A stretch of 63,849 nt of DNA, filler included, from Barthelona sp. PAP020 (lineage: Eukaryota): the NCBI GenBank assembly GCA_040182905.1. It is 4 parts of 4 records of this genome, joined end to end, with 100 filler letters (N's around TTAATTAATTAA, not from the genome) between each part and the next. Parts side by side here need not be neighbours in the genome. Positions count along the whole stretch, not along the records: positions 35,542 to 53,138 come from JARQWU010000239.1; 3 more parts are not named here. One strand, 5' to 3'. Made by a program: the position numbers and the translations under genes. Below the pieces are notes generated by a model. That model had not been told where the DNA came from and did not search any database. It was given only the letters and a program-made list of their open reading frames with translations. Below, piece after piece: positions 41,054-50,878 of this stretch. Every line of letters starts with the position of its first letter. Position 1 is the first letter of the stretch.

Positions 41054-44000
41054 TTACCTCTTATGCTTAGATTTTCCAACATTCGACACTTTGATGGGAA
41101 TTTTTCCTTCAAAGCAATAAATATTGATTTTAAACTCCATTGATTGAACATTTGATTCTTCTACAAAAGGTAAGATTGAATATTCAACTCCTGAAGATGG
41201 TGAAATATAAGTAGAAAAAAATATGACATTTCCATCAGCATGAAATGGGTCATCTGATATTTCAAACTCCAAACTATTTGACACTGGGATTCTGGAGTGT
41301 TTGGCAATCACACAACAAATAGGATAATTGGAACGAATTTGAATAAGTTCAACAAATATCTTTGATGAATAAAACTCCCTCAAGTTGCTCAAATTTAGAT
41401 GAATTTGTGGTACAAGATGCAGTGTTTTTGCTTCTGGATCAAATTTTTGGATGTCATTTCTTTCAAAACTATCCATGCAAAAATTAATCGTTGATTTATG
41501 GAATTTTTGAAGAGAAACAGCATTATAAATAATCTTCATTTCATCTAACAATTCCTCTATGACCAACCAAAAAGAATTCTCTTTTTTAGATATGCTGGAT
41601 GCCTGTGCACGTAACCTTTTTGTCCAACGCATAGAATTTGGCGCAAAACTACCTTTTAATTGATTAAAATTTATTGCAATATCATCATTTACCGGTACCA
41701 AGTTGAATAATTTAATTTTGATGCCATTCAATGTATCTTCAAAAGTTCCGTTAATAATGAAATAGACACCAGTAGGTAATCCGATCTCAGTCTTTCCAGT
41801 ACCACTATTATCAGACTTTCCAACTGTTTGACACAAAATAATACTATTTCCACCATACAATGAACTGTTCAGCGTGTTATACATTACATTAATCTCATGG
41901 GAGTTGTTTCGCAATTGATTAGTAATGAAAGTATCGTAACGAAAGCCAAACAACAATCTTAAAGCAGTATTAAACCGTAAACGATTCTTGAGGTTAGAAT
42001 ATGACCCAAAAATTCTTGCACACAGCTTTTCAATAAGAGGATAAAGTAATTCATCAGGTTTCACACCCCTAGAAAACAATAAATTGTTGTCCAATACCGG
42101 AAAATAAAGGTCGATGAGTATGTAATTGACGTCTTCCAAATAGTACTTCATCATAGCTACACCTGTTTTTGAATCCAAAATAACAACTAAATCGGTCAAA
42201 TAATCTGCAAAATTCATCTTTTGTGCGATCTTCACCAAACAACATAATGGCCATTCACACTGACCTTCAATAAAAGGCTCATTTGCATCTCCCAATGTAT
42301 AAGACTGATGAATGTCTTCGAAAGGTAGATATTCAATCTTAGACGTTTCCATAAAACCATCACCAACAATCTCAGAAGTATCCTTGAACCTGTTATCAAG
42401 CCAGAATGTGTGATTTTCTCTACAATCACAGCATACATCCATAAATTTACTCAAAACTTTTGAATATTTGGGGTCACTATCATCTCTTTGTTTTTTCTCC
42501 TTCAAAGTATTTTTGAAATCTTTCATACTTTCTTTAACTCGATGAAAACGCTCTTCTAACCTGTCACAAATGTCTTCACTTGCCGGAATTATATCTCCAT
42601 TATCCATTTCTTTAGAGATTGAAACAATTTCATTCATTTTTGAATTCAATACTTGAAAATCATCAAGTAGAAGGGTAAATTCTCGTGGGTCTACTAACAT
42701 GTACAATTCTCTTAACCTGTTCAAATTGGACATATATTTGCGCACTTTAGATTTCATATTTTTCAATTTCTTTTTTAATTTCTTCAAACCTTCATCTTCT
42801 TCATCAACTATCTGTTTAGCTCCAGCATCAGTCCTAGATTCAAGGTTAACGTCTTGAGTAACTTCTTGGTTGGATTCTTGTTTGGGTTCTATGTAAGGCT
42901 TAAGTTCTTCGTTGTCAATTGTGTCATGAATGTCTTCTTGACGACCTTTATTGTCTTGTTGTTCCAATCCATAATGATTGTTATGAGAGTCATCATCATG
43001 ATCTCTCCTATCTTTCTCTAATTCATCAACAGAATCCACATTACCAAAAGCACTTACAACCGTATCACTCATATCAAAAGACAAAACAGTTAAAGCTTCA
43101 CGACTTTCCACTTGTTTGTCTTCTTTCTTTGATTTGTGTGACTTCCCTTTGTGTGATTTGCCTTTGTGAGACTTTGCCTTATGTGATTTCCCTTTGTGTG
43201 ATTTTGCCTTGTGTGACTTTCTTTCATCCTGTTCATCCCTAACTTCATAAATATCTTCAGTCATATCATCCGCATCATGTTTTACTGTGATTACATCATC
43301 ATCATCGTCATCAGAAAGATAGATTCGACTTTGAATGACATTTAAACCAAAATTGTTGTCAACACCATAATAATCATTCTCTTCATCTTCTTCAGCCTCT
43401 AATAATTGTATTTTTTTTCTGTTTTCAATGAAGTCCAAAAAGGATTTTCTCAACAGCATTGCAACCTTTGGTTGTGAAATTATCAAATTAGCATTGAAAA
43501 AAGGACAATAAATACTTTTCCACTTATTAACAAGATAATTTGCATTGGAAACTTCCATTTCGATAGCCAAATACAATGAACAATAAAAATATGCAAAGAA
43601 ACGTTCTTGGTTGTATTTTAAATTCCTTAGCTCTATTTCTTTGTAAAAAATTAAATCTTTCAGTTCATTGTGAGTATATTCCTCCACAGAAGAAGGCAAA
43701 TAGAACGCTAACAAATCTAATTCTTGTTCTTCTTTATGCTGTTCTTGTTCTTCCTGTTTGTTCGATTCCTCATTGTGTACCTCAAAATGTTTCAAAGATT
43801 TATGTGTTGAATAAGTAGGATCCATTATTTTTTCTTTAGTATTAGATAAATATTCGCTTAAAAGATTGATTTCAGTCTGGATATTGTCAATTCTCTTGAA
43901 AAATAAATTTTCAATCATATTTGAACAATTATCTAAGGTCATACTCATTGTGTTTGAATTTGAACCCAGACCTAATGATACGGACAATTTTTTTATTGAA

Positions 44001-47000
44001 TCAACCGAATTTCTCATGTGATTATTTATATTTCTTGGTTCCATATCTTCAATCTCTTGAATCTCTTCAATCTCTTCAACATCTTGTATGAGACTATTTG
44101 TGTTCAATTGACTCAAACTATCATTATGCCTTAATAAAGAAGAAGATAATTGTGTACTGTCAACTCGTATTAAAGAAGAATTTTTTCTAATATGATCGAT
44201 AGAAGTGTATAAAACACTGTTAACTAATGAATCATTTAAAAACATCACGTTGTTCGACAGAAAGATTTTTTTATTCTTTTCATTTTGACAAAAATAGAAA
44301 GAAATGAAAAAAATAACAACAGGTAAAAGATATTGAAACAAAACGTCATTATTCAATAGATATTTTGTTAATAAAAAGAAAAACAAACTAAATAGATAAA
44401 TAATGATGAAATTAGTAGGTAAAATTGATTCTGTAATTTTGTTTTGATTACCCAAATACAAAGTGGGATTGAGTTTTTTAGTTGAATAAATTTTTTTGGA
44501 AAAAGTTAAAAATTCACTTGAAAATATGTTTATACTACCAATAAAACACATCAATAATAGAATAAATAATAATAAATCTTTCATTAAAGTACTAATATTA
44601 TTAATACTAGAATAATCATTTGTATCAGTATTTTCAATTAATATGATAGAAATAATTCCTAAAATTATGAAAATAATTAATAAAATAATTAAAAAAAATT
44701 TATTTTTTTTAATATTATTTTTTTTCGAATTTTTTTTATTTAATTTATTTTTATTTTTTTTCATTGTATCATTTTCAACTTTTTCATCTTTTTCATCATC
44801 TTTTTTTACTTCTTTTTCTTTATCTTCATCGATATTATTAGCTTGATAATTAATATAAACCACATAAATGGTAAAAAAAGGAGTAATTATTGTTAAAATC
44901 AGATTAAAAATCAAAAAACTCAATCTAATTTGACTAGGAATAGCAGAAATAATAAATATTAATGAAAAAATTGTGGATAATAATTGAAAAATTATTGAAA
45001 CAATCAAATCTTTTGAAATTTTAGTTTTTGAATTATCAAAAGTATTTTGAGTTAAATTTTTAACTGTTTGTATCATCAAATGAATGATCATTAGAATAAA
45101 AATTATTAAAGTCAAGTAATAACCAAGAAAATACAATATCAAATGATACCCAGTAAAAACCAAAGTATTTGCTAATCCTTTGATATAAAATAAATAAAAA
45201 TTACATATTAATGATAGAAATAATGTGGTACCATAAGCAAACATACCAATTATTACTTTATCTGTTTTTATACATCCTAAATAAGTATAATATAATACAG
45301 GTAAACCATAATATAATGAACTTAAACACATGATTAAAGGTGTAAATTGTATAATATTAAAAAATAATAAAATAATGATCAATATAAAATCTAAATAACT
45401 TAATCCCATAAAGATCTTTCTAAAAAATATGGCAGTTTTAAACAAATTTTCTAATTTTGTATTAATTAAACGTTTATCAATTTTCCATTCTAATATGGTA
45501 ATTGTAGAAGCATATTGATAACCAAACATTAAAATTTGAGTTAAAAAAAAGTTTATATAAAAAAATAAATGATTATAAGATATAGTGAAAAATGTAAATA
45601 TACTTAAACAAATAAATATGATTGAAAAACCAATAAAAAAATAAATAACTCTTAAAAATGCTAGAGGTAATTTATTATTTTCAATACTTATAATTAATTC
45701 GTTAGTAAATTTGTCTTTTTTTACTTCATTTATGATTTCATTATTATAATCAACAGTATTTAAAACAATTTGACATAATAAATCAAAATCTTCTCGACGA
45801 AATTTCATAAATAATTTAAATATTCGAGTAATTAAATATATTATGCTAAAAACACCAATAAATATCAATAAATCAATAAAATAAAAAAATTTTTTTTCAT
45901 ATATTATATAACCTTCAAGTATAATAAATATTATTGCTATAAAAAAACATATAATTATAAAAAATATCTCATGATTTATTATCTTTCTTAATTTTTCATT
46001 TTTAAATTCATAAATCGATTTTTGAATATTTATTATCGTTTCTTTATCTTCTTTATCTTCTTCTTTATCAACTTCTTTCTTATCAATATCAACATTAAAA
46101 TTAAAATTTTGTACATTCTCAAATAAATAACTTACTTCATTCACTTCCTTACTTTGATATATACTTTTCAACATAAAATTCCATAGTACCATAAAACATA
46201 CAGTAACAATAGATATATAATGATTATAAGGTTTAATCAATTCTTTCAATAATGTGTACATCATTAATACACCTAATTGAAACATACTTCCAATTATCGG
46301 TAATCTTAGACTGCATTCATAGGGAAATATAATACTTAACAAATATGTAGTAACACTAAGAATAATCAATTCAATCATAAACAATAAATTTTCAGCAGTT
46401 ACATTGACTGTACTCAATTGACTTCGTACTTCATTTAAATTGCTTAAAATCAAAAATATTGGTGGTAATATGAAGAATAAACGTTCATATAATCCATATC
46501 TTCTTTCATAAACTATTTTCTCTCTTCTAACAAAATATTTCAAAAGCTTACAAACAGAAACACCAGGATAAAAATCACATTGTGAAGATATTAAAAAAGT
46601 TATCAACATGTATGGTATATAATTGCCAAAAGTTCCATGCTTTCCAAAAAATGTAGAACGATACCCTAACTCCCACCAAACTAAAGAAAAAATTAATATC
46701 GATAAAAATAAAATAAAAAATAAAATCTTCGAAATATTTGTAAATTGATAATAAATACGTATTAAACAAATTCCAATCACAAAGTATGCAAGAAATATTA
46801 TACAATTTAATAGAGAATTCATATCAATAAAAGCTTTATCTGTATATTGTTCTCCAATTTCTTTATAAATTAAATAAATAACCGATGATATGTATCCAAT
46901 AATTAACATCAATATTGAAAGACTGAAAATTGTCTTTCTTTTCATAAAAATCTTTCCTTTCACATAGGAAAATAAACTAAAAACAATACTATTAACCCCT

Positions 47001-47032
47001 AATAATAATAATAAAGGTAAAGTAAGCTCCAT
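41054..47032 (-). CDS. Multi-pass membrane protein with C-terminal calpain-like domain (DEK1/TML-calpain architecture), catalytic residues apparently lost
   Basis: ~20 hydrophobic segments in the first ~900 aa; LIDLYFP...FSRG..PDELLYPLIEKLCARIFGSYSNL (CysPc), then a C2L-like end. ATG at 47032. Confidence 0.8.
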   Translation of the reverse strand: MELTLPLLLLLGVNSIVFSLFSYVKGKIFMKRKTIFSLSILMLIIGYISSVIYLIYKEIGEQYTDKAFIDMNSLLNCIIFLAYFVIGICLIRIYYQFTNISKILFFILFLSILIFSLVWWELGYRSTFFGKHGTFGNYIPYMLITFLISSQCDFYPGVSVCKLLKYFVRREKIVYERRYGLYERLFFILPPIFLILSNLNEVRSQLSTVNVTAENLLFMIELIILSVTTYLLSIIFPYECSLRLPIIGSMFQLGVLMMYTLLKELIKPYNHYISIVTVCFMVLWNFMLKSIYQSKEVNEVSYLFENVQNFNFNVDIDKKEVDKEEDKEDKETIINIQKSIYEFKNEKLRKIINHEIFFIIICFFIAIIFIILEGYIIYEKKFFYFIDLLIFIGVFSIIYLITRIFKLFMKFRREDFDLLCQIVLNTVDYNNEIINEVKKDKFTNELIISIENNKLPLAFLRVIYFFIGFSIIFICLSIFTFFTISYNHLFFYINFFLTQILMFGYQYASTITILEWKIDKRLINTKLENLFKTAIFFRKIFMGLSYLDFILIIILLFFNIIQFTPLIMCLSSLYYGLPVLYYTYLGCIKTDKVIIGMFAYGTTLFLSLICNFYLFYIKGLANTLVFTGYHLILYFLGYYLTLIIFILMIIHLMIQTVKNLTQNTFDNSKTKISKDLIVSIIFQLLSTIFSLIFIISAIPSQIRLSFLIFNLILTIITPFFTIYVVYINYQANNIDEDKEKEVKKDDEKDEKVENDTMKKNKNKLNKKNSKKNNIKKNKFFLIILLIIFIILGIISIILIENTDTNDYSSINNISTLMKDLLLFILLLMCFIGSINIFSSEFLTFSKKIYSTKKLNPTLYLGNQNKITESILPTNFIIIYLFSLFFFLLTKYLLNNDVLFQYLLPVVIFFISFYFCQNEKNKKIFLSNNVMFLNDSLVNSVLYTSIDHIRKNSSLIRVDSTQLSSSLLRHNDSLSQLNTNSLIQDVEEIEEIQEIEDMEPRNINNHMRNSVDSIKKLSVSLGLGSNSNTMSMTLDNCSNMIENLFFKRIDNIQTEINLLSEYLSNTKEKIMDPTYSTHKSLKHFEVHNEESNKQEEQEQHKEEQELDLLAFYLPSSVEEYTHNELKDLIFYKEIELRNLKYNQERFFAYFYCSLYLAIEMEVSNANYLVNKWKSIYCPFFNANLIISQPKVAMLLRKSFLDFIENRKKIQLLEAEEDEENDYYGVDNNFGLNVIQSRIYLSDDDDDDVITVKHDADDMTEDIYEVRDEQDERKSHKAKSHKGKSHKAKSHKGKSHKGKSHKSKKEDKQVESREALTVLSFDMSDTVVSAFGNVDSVDELEKDRRDHDDDSHNNHYGLEQQDNKGRQEDIHDTIDNEELKPYIEPKQESNQEVTQDVNLESRTDAGAKQIVDEEDEGLKKLKKKLKNMKSKVRKYMSNLNRLRELYMLVDPREFTLLLDDFQVLNSKMNEIVSISKEMDNGDIIPASEDICDRLEERFHRVKESMKDFKNTLKEKKQRDDSDPKYSKVLSKFMDVCCDCRENHTFWLDNRFKDTSEIVGDGFMETSKIEYLPFEDIHQSYTLGDANEPFIEGQCEWPLCCLVKIAQKMNFADYLTDLVVILDSKTGVAMMKYYLEDVNYILIDLYFPVLDNNLLFSRGVKPDELLYPLIEKLCARIFGSYSNLKNRLRFNTALRLLFGFRYDTFITNQLRNNSHEINVMYNTLNSSLYGGNSIILCQTVGKSDNSGTGKTEIGLPTGVYFIINGTFEDTLNGIKIKLFNLVPVNDDIAINFNQLKGSFAPNSMRWTKRLRAQASSISKKENSFWLVIEELLDEMKIIYNAVSLQKFHKSTINFCMDSFERNDIQKFDPEAKTLHLVPQIHLNLSNLREFYSSKIFVELIQIRSNYPICCVIAKHSRIPVSNSLEFEISDDPFHADGNVIFFSTYISPSSGVEYSILPFVEESNVQSMEFKINIYCFEGKIPIKVSNVGKSKHKR
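43130..43220 (-). repeat. 15-bp coding tandem repeat (KSHK[A/G]) x6
   Basis: KSHKAKSHKGKSHKAKSHKGKSHKGKSHKS. Confidence 0.9.
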
Positions 47033-47376
47033 TACATGAAAAAAAAAAGAAATGCTTGAATTCAAGAATTCTTTTATATTCCTTATCAAAAGGTATCAAT
47101 CAATTAAATTTATTATTAGAATAATTATAGAATGTTTAAATTCAGTGTAATTAAAGAGAATAGAACTTTTAAACAGTTAATTTTAAACGCTTTCATTTTT
47201 TTCATTTCTGACAATTTTTGGAATCATTCATTTATTTTATTTCAAGAAAAAAATAAAACATTTAACATTCCGTTATTTAGAATGTAATAATGTTATAATT
47301 TTATTAAAACCCTTTTAGTATTTTTTCTTTTTGTCAAAAAATAAGTCAAGTTATCTTGTAACATTCGATATTCAAA

Positions 47377-47736
47377 ATGTTGTTTGATCAAGATGAAGAT
47401 CTTTATTTATATCTTTATCAACATTTGGATAAAGAATATGAAATTCCTTCAACAAATACCTTTAAAATCACATTTCTAAACAAAAATACCAAAAAAATTA
47501 CTATTGTTTGGATGGAAACGGATGAAATTTTAAATGGTATTTATAATGACAAAGAATTGGTTTTAAGACCAGATAATGAAGAATATTATTTTGAATTACT
47601 TCAAGAAGAAGGACTAACAGTTCCTGGTCAAAGATATATAGTTACTTTATGGGTAAAAGTAAATGATGAAGGCCCTGATATGTATGCTTGTGTTGCTTCC
47701 TTTGTAATATTTCATGATGACTTTTCAGTTGTTTAA
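47377..47736 (+). CDS. Hypothetical protein (119 aa)
   Basis: ATG ORF, globular beta-rich composition. Confidence 0.65.
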   Translation: MLFDQDEDLYLYLYQHLDKEYEIPSTNTFKITFLNKNTKKITIVWMETDEILNGIYNDKELVLRPDNEEYYFELLQEEGLTVPGQRYIVTLWVKVNDEGPDMYACVASFVIFHDDFSVV

Positions 47737-48096
47737 TGAATAATAATAAAAGATAGATAGTTTATTTGAGTTCTAAGCCGCATTTTTATTTTAACAATTG
47801 TTTATTTGTAAATAATTTTTCGATTTCACATTCTTTCTTTTTCTACTTTTTTGTTTAACTTAAATATTGTTAAAAATCATGTGCTAAACTTTCCAAAATT
47901 TGCCAGCTTTTTCAACTCATATTCAACTGTTAACTAATTTTTCTTTCGCAAATCTTCCCACACCAGCCATGTCGCTCTCAGCAGTCGATTTGTTATTTGT
48001 AACAAAAAAATTATAATTTTTAAATGTTTATATGTCGTTTAAATAAAATTTATTCATAAATAAACAAATTCATTGTTAACAATATAATATGTATCA

Positions 48097-49755
48097 TTAC
48101 AAAACATAAGGAGGAGATTCCAAATCGGAATAGTAATCTTTGATCAAAGGTTCATTTAAACTAGCGGTGTCGACATCATTGAAAGTACGAATTCTACTGA
48201 CACAACCAGGGGTCGGATTATGATTTTGTGTGAAATTGTGTGATTGATTAAATGTGGGAACGTCACTGAAATCTTCAACCAGTGAAGTATTGTCCACCAT
48301 TGGAGCCAATGAAAAACTATCAGTGGCATAAGCTTTCCGTTTTTGTTGAATGTGTGATCGTTGCAACCACATCTCCAATTTTTTTATTTTAAATGTGTTA
48401 TCTTTGTCAGAACTTACAAAGATATTTGATAAAGACAGTGTTTTCTTTTTGAAAAATGAATCAGACTTGTCAAGCATCATTATCTTCTGGTTGACATCTT
48501 GATACAACTGTTGAATAACACCGAACGAAGGTGCAAAACTGTTTCCTAGATAACAATACCCAGAAGTAAGATTTTCCTGAAAGAATAGATCACTGCAGCC
48601 CATATTGTTCCCATAAGTCGGTGGAAGATACTTTTGATGTCTCAAACAAGTGGATGACAAACTCTTTTGGAAAAAAACACAAGAGTAATCTCCAAGGAAA
48701 TTTCGTAGAGAAAATAAGAAACAATGTGGGTCAGCAATTTCAGTAAAATTCTCCGGACTCTGCCATGATTCAACACAAAACGCTCCAAAAATGTATCCTT
48801 CATCTGTTTCCATCAATAATAACGAAGGCCCACAATCATCAATGCATCGATGAAAATCGATTGGTGTTTTATTGGGCTTCGAATGATCTGCTTCAAGAGA
48901 GAAAGTGCATTCCCAATCAATGATTCCTGGAACCAAATCAATCATCGTGGGAATATGCTTAGAATTCAAAATATTTGATCCGGCAAATACAGTACCAGCT
49001 CGTGGACGAAGGCAGTCAACATTATCATCAAATTTTCGTATTATAGCCTTTCGGATAGGTTCTACTAGACTATTAGGACATTGAGGATGATTCATTAAAG
49101 CATGCAAAGTAACATTGGAGAGAAATGGCAGACGTATTGAACTAAAAAATTTGTTACAATAAGAAGGGTATGCTTTAACAGCTTCTAATACAAACATAAA
49201 AACGGTTGTCTCATGACAGTTAATTCCATCAAATTCAAAAATTTCTTGCAAAAAGGAGGGATGTACATTTCCAATATTACGAATTATCCTAAAAATAGAT
49301 TTTAAAATCGAATAGTCAACCAAAGTCAACAACTGATTCTTAAAGGGAATCAATTTAAAAATTGAAGGATTATTGACTAGAATCGAGGCAATTTTTGAAC
49401 TATTGAAATTTTTATAAGAATTCAACAAAGCTGATAAATAAGGTGGGCTAAATTCATAATAAATACACAAAAAATGCAATCTAAACAGTTGTTGAATTGT
49501 TGAAGGAATAGTAATGTACATAATGTATTCTTTTAATGCGTTAAAATCATAATAATTAAAAATAGAAGGTCTAATAGTGAATGTTGAAGATTCACAAAAA
49601 CCATTGTTGCTTAACTGTTGAAAAAAGGTTGATGCTTTGTTTAAAATTTCAACAGGTATCCTAACTATTTCATTTTGAGAAAAAATAAACTTCCAATCAA
49701 AAATATCATTTTCAATATTTTTGGTTGAACACGTTGAGTCATCATTTCCTTTCAT
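48097..49755 (-). CDS. TLDc-domain protein with BTB/BACK-like N-terminus
   Basis: DFHRCIDDCGPSLLLMETDEGYIFGAF...W...DPHCFLFSL; HETTVF...FSSIRLPFLS (BACK-like). Confidence 0.85.
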   Translation of the reverse strand: MKGNDDSTCSTKNIENDIFDWKFIFSQNEIVRIPVEILNKASTFFQQLSNNGFCESSTFTIRPSIFNYYDFNALKEYIMYITIPSTIQQLFRLHFLCIYYEFSPPYLSALLNSYKNFNSSKIASILVNNPSIFKLIPFKNQLLTLVDYSILKSIFRIIRNIGNVHPSFLQEIFEFDGINCHETTVFMFVLEAVKAYPSYCNKFFSSIRLPFLSNVTLHALMNHPQCPNSLVEPIRKAIIRKFDDNVDCLRPRAGTVFAGSNILNSKHIPTMIDLVPGIIDWECTFSLEADHSKPNKTPIDFHRCIDDCGPSLLLMETDEGYIFGAFCVESWQSPENFTEIADPHCFLFSLRNFLGDYSCVFFQKSLSSTCLRHQKYLPPTYGNNMGCSDLFFQENLTSGYCYLGNSFAPSFGVIQQLYQDVNQKIMMLDKSDSFFKKKTLSLSNIFVSSDKDNTFKIKKLEMWLQRSHIQQKRKAYATDSFSLAPMVDNTSLVEDFSDVPTFNQSHNFTQNHNPTPGCVSRIRTFNDVDTASLNEPLIKDYYSDLESPPYVL

Positions 49756-50001
49756 TGGTATTTCATATCCTTCCCGTCGATAAATATTCTATAAAAAATC
49801 TAATTTCAACCATTAAAATATCAAAGATACCAAAACGAATAAAAGAAAGCAAATTTTTTTGGAACTTCCAATGAATCTGGTGAAGTTTTTCAACTCCTTT
49901 TTCGTATTGTTGTCTCAAAATCCATAACAATAATTATTTATTTCTAATATTTTTCGTTTTTCATTTGTTTTTCTTTTCAAAATAATCAATTTTTTTCTTT
50001 A

Positions 50002-50724
50002 ATGAACTTCACGATTTTTTTGATATTTTTTATTACATATCTTATCAATTATATTATTTGTTCACCAATAGTTGCTTGGAATTTAAAACAAACTTCATTT
50101 GAGGAAATTATCAATTTAGAAAATCCGAATACTGATGATTTTATAATAAATCATTTTTTAAAATCTAAAGAAGATCTGGTTGTAACATTTATTACCCAAA
50201 AATTATCAATATCTGATTTTGACAAGTGGCATCATACCTCTTCTTCTTTTAATTCATCTAAATTTCATTATTTATTAAATGCAAACACGATAACATCCAG
50301 TTATAACAAAATTGCAGCGAGAGAATTGGCTTGGAAAGTTAATAATGAAACAAATAGTGTGTCATATAATTGTCACAAACGGATCCCTCATGCTGGTCAT
50401 TTTATTGAAGATATACGGAGTAAAAACTTAAAATCAAACAAAATTGTTGTTTGTTTAAGTGACAGACATGATGAAAACGATCGTTTAGTGGAAACTATTG
50501 ATAGAAGACTAAAAGAACACAAATATTCAGCTGAAATTTTTGTAATTTCTGCTTCTGAAAGTTTAGGTACTGCAGAACCTGTTGCTTATTACACTCCTCC
50601 GATTGTTTGGACGTTTACCCTATTTTTTGTGTTCTTTTTTTTTATTTCATGGGGAATTTCTGCACTCAATAAAGTTACGACACTCAAATTTTGGAAAAAG
50701 ACAGAAAACGGTGAGAAAAAATAG
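50002..50724 (+). CDS. V-ATPase accessory subunit Ac45/Voa1-like protein
   Basis: Signal peptide, PIVAWN, and C-terminal YYTPPIVW...TM...WGISALNKVTT.KF resembling the Ac45/Voa1 TM region. Confidence 0.6.
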   Translation: MNFTIFLIFFITYLINYIICSPIVAWNLKQTSFEEIINLENPNTDDFIINHFLKSKEDLVVTFITQKLSISDFDKWHHTSSSFNSSKFHYLLNANTITSSYNKIAARELAWKVNNETNSVSYNCHKRIPHAGHFIEDIRSKNLKSNKIVVCLSDRHDENDRLVETIDRRLKEHKYSAEIFVISASESLGTAEPVAYYTPPIVWTFTLFFVFFFFISWGISALNKVTTLKFWKKTENGEKK

Positions 50725-50878
50725 TTTTCTTTTCATTGTATAAACACATTTATTTTTTTCTTATTTTATTTAAATTTGTTACTTTTATTTGTTCATAAAA
50801 TCAATCAAATGAGAATATTCATCAAACAAATAAATAAAAACAATTTTGGAATTTCAAAGATTCTTCAAACAAAAGGAA

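Noticed and set aside
47880..48000. Sm-site-like AAATTTTGG on the minus strand suggesting a U snRNA
   Set aside because: No U1/U2/U4/U5 signature nearby; such motifs are common in this AT-rich DNA.
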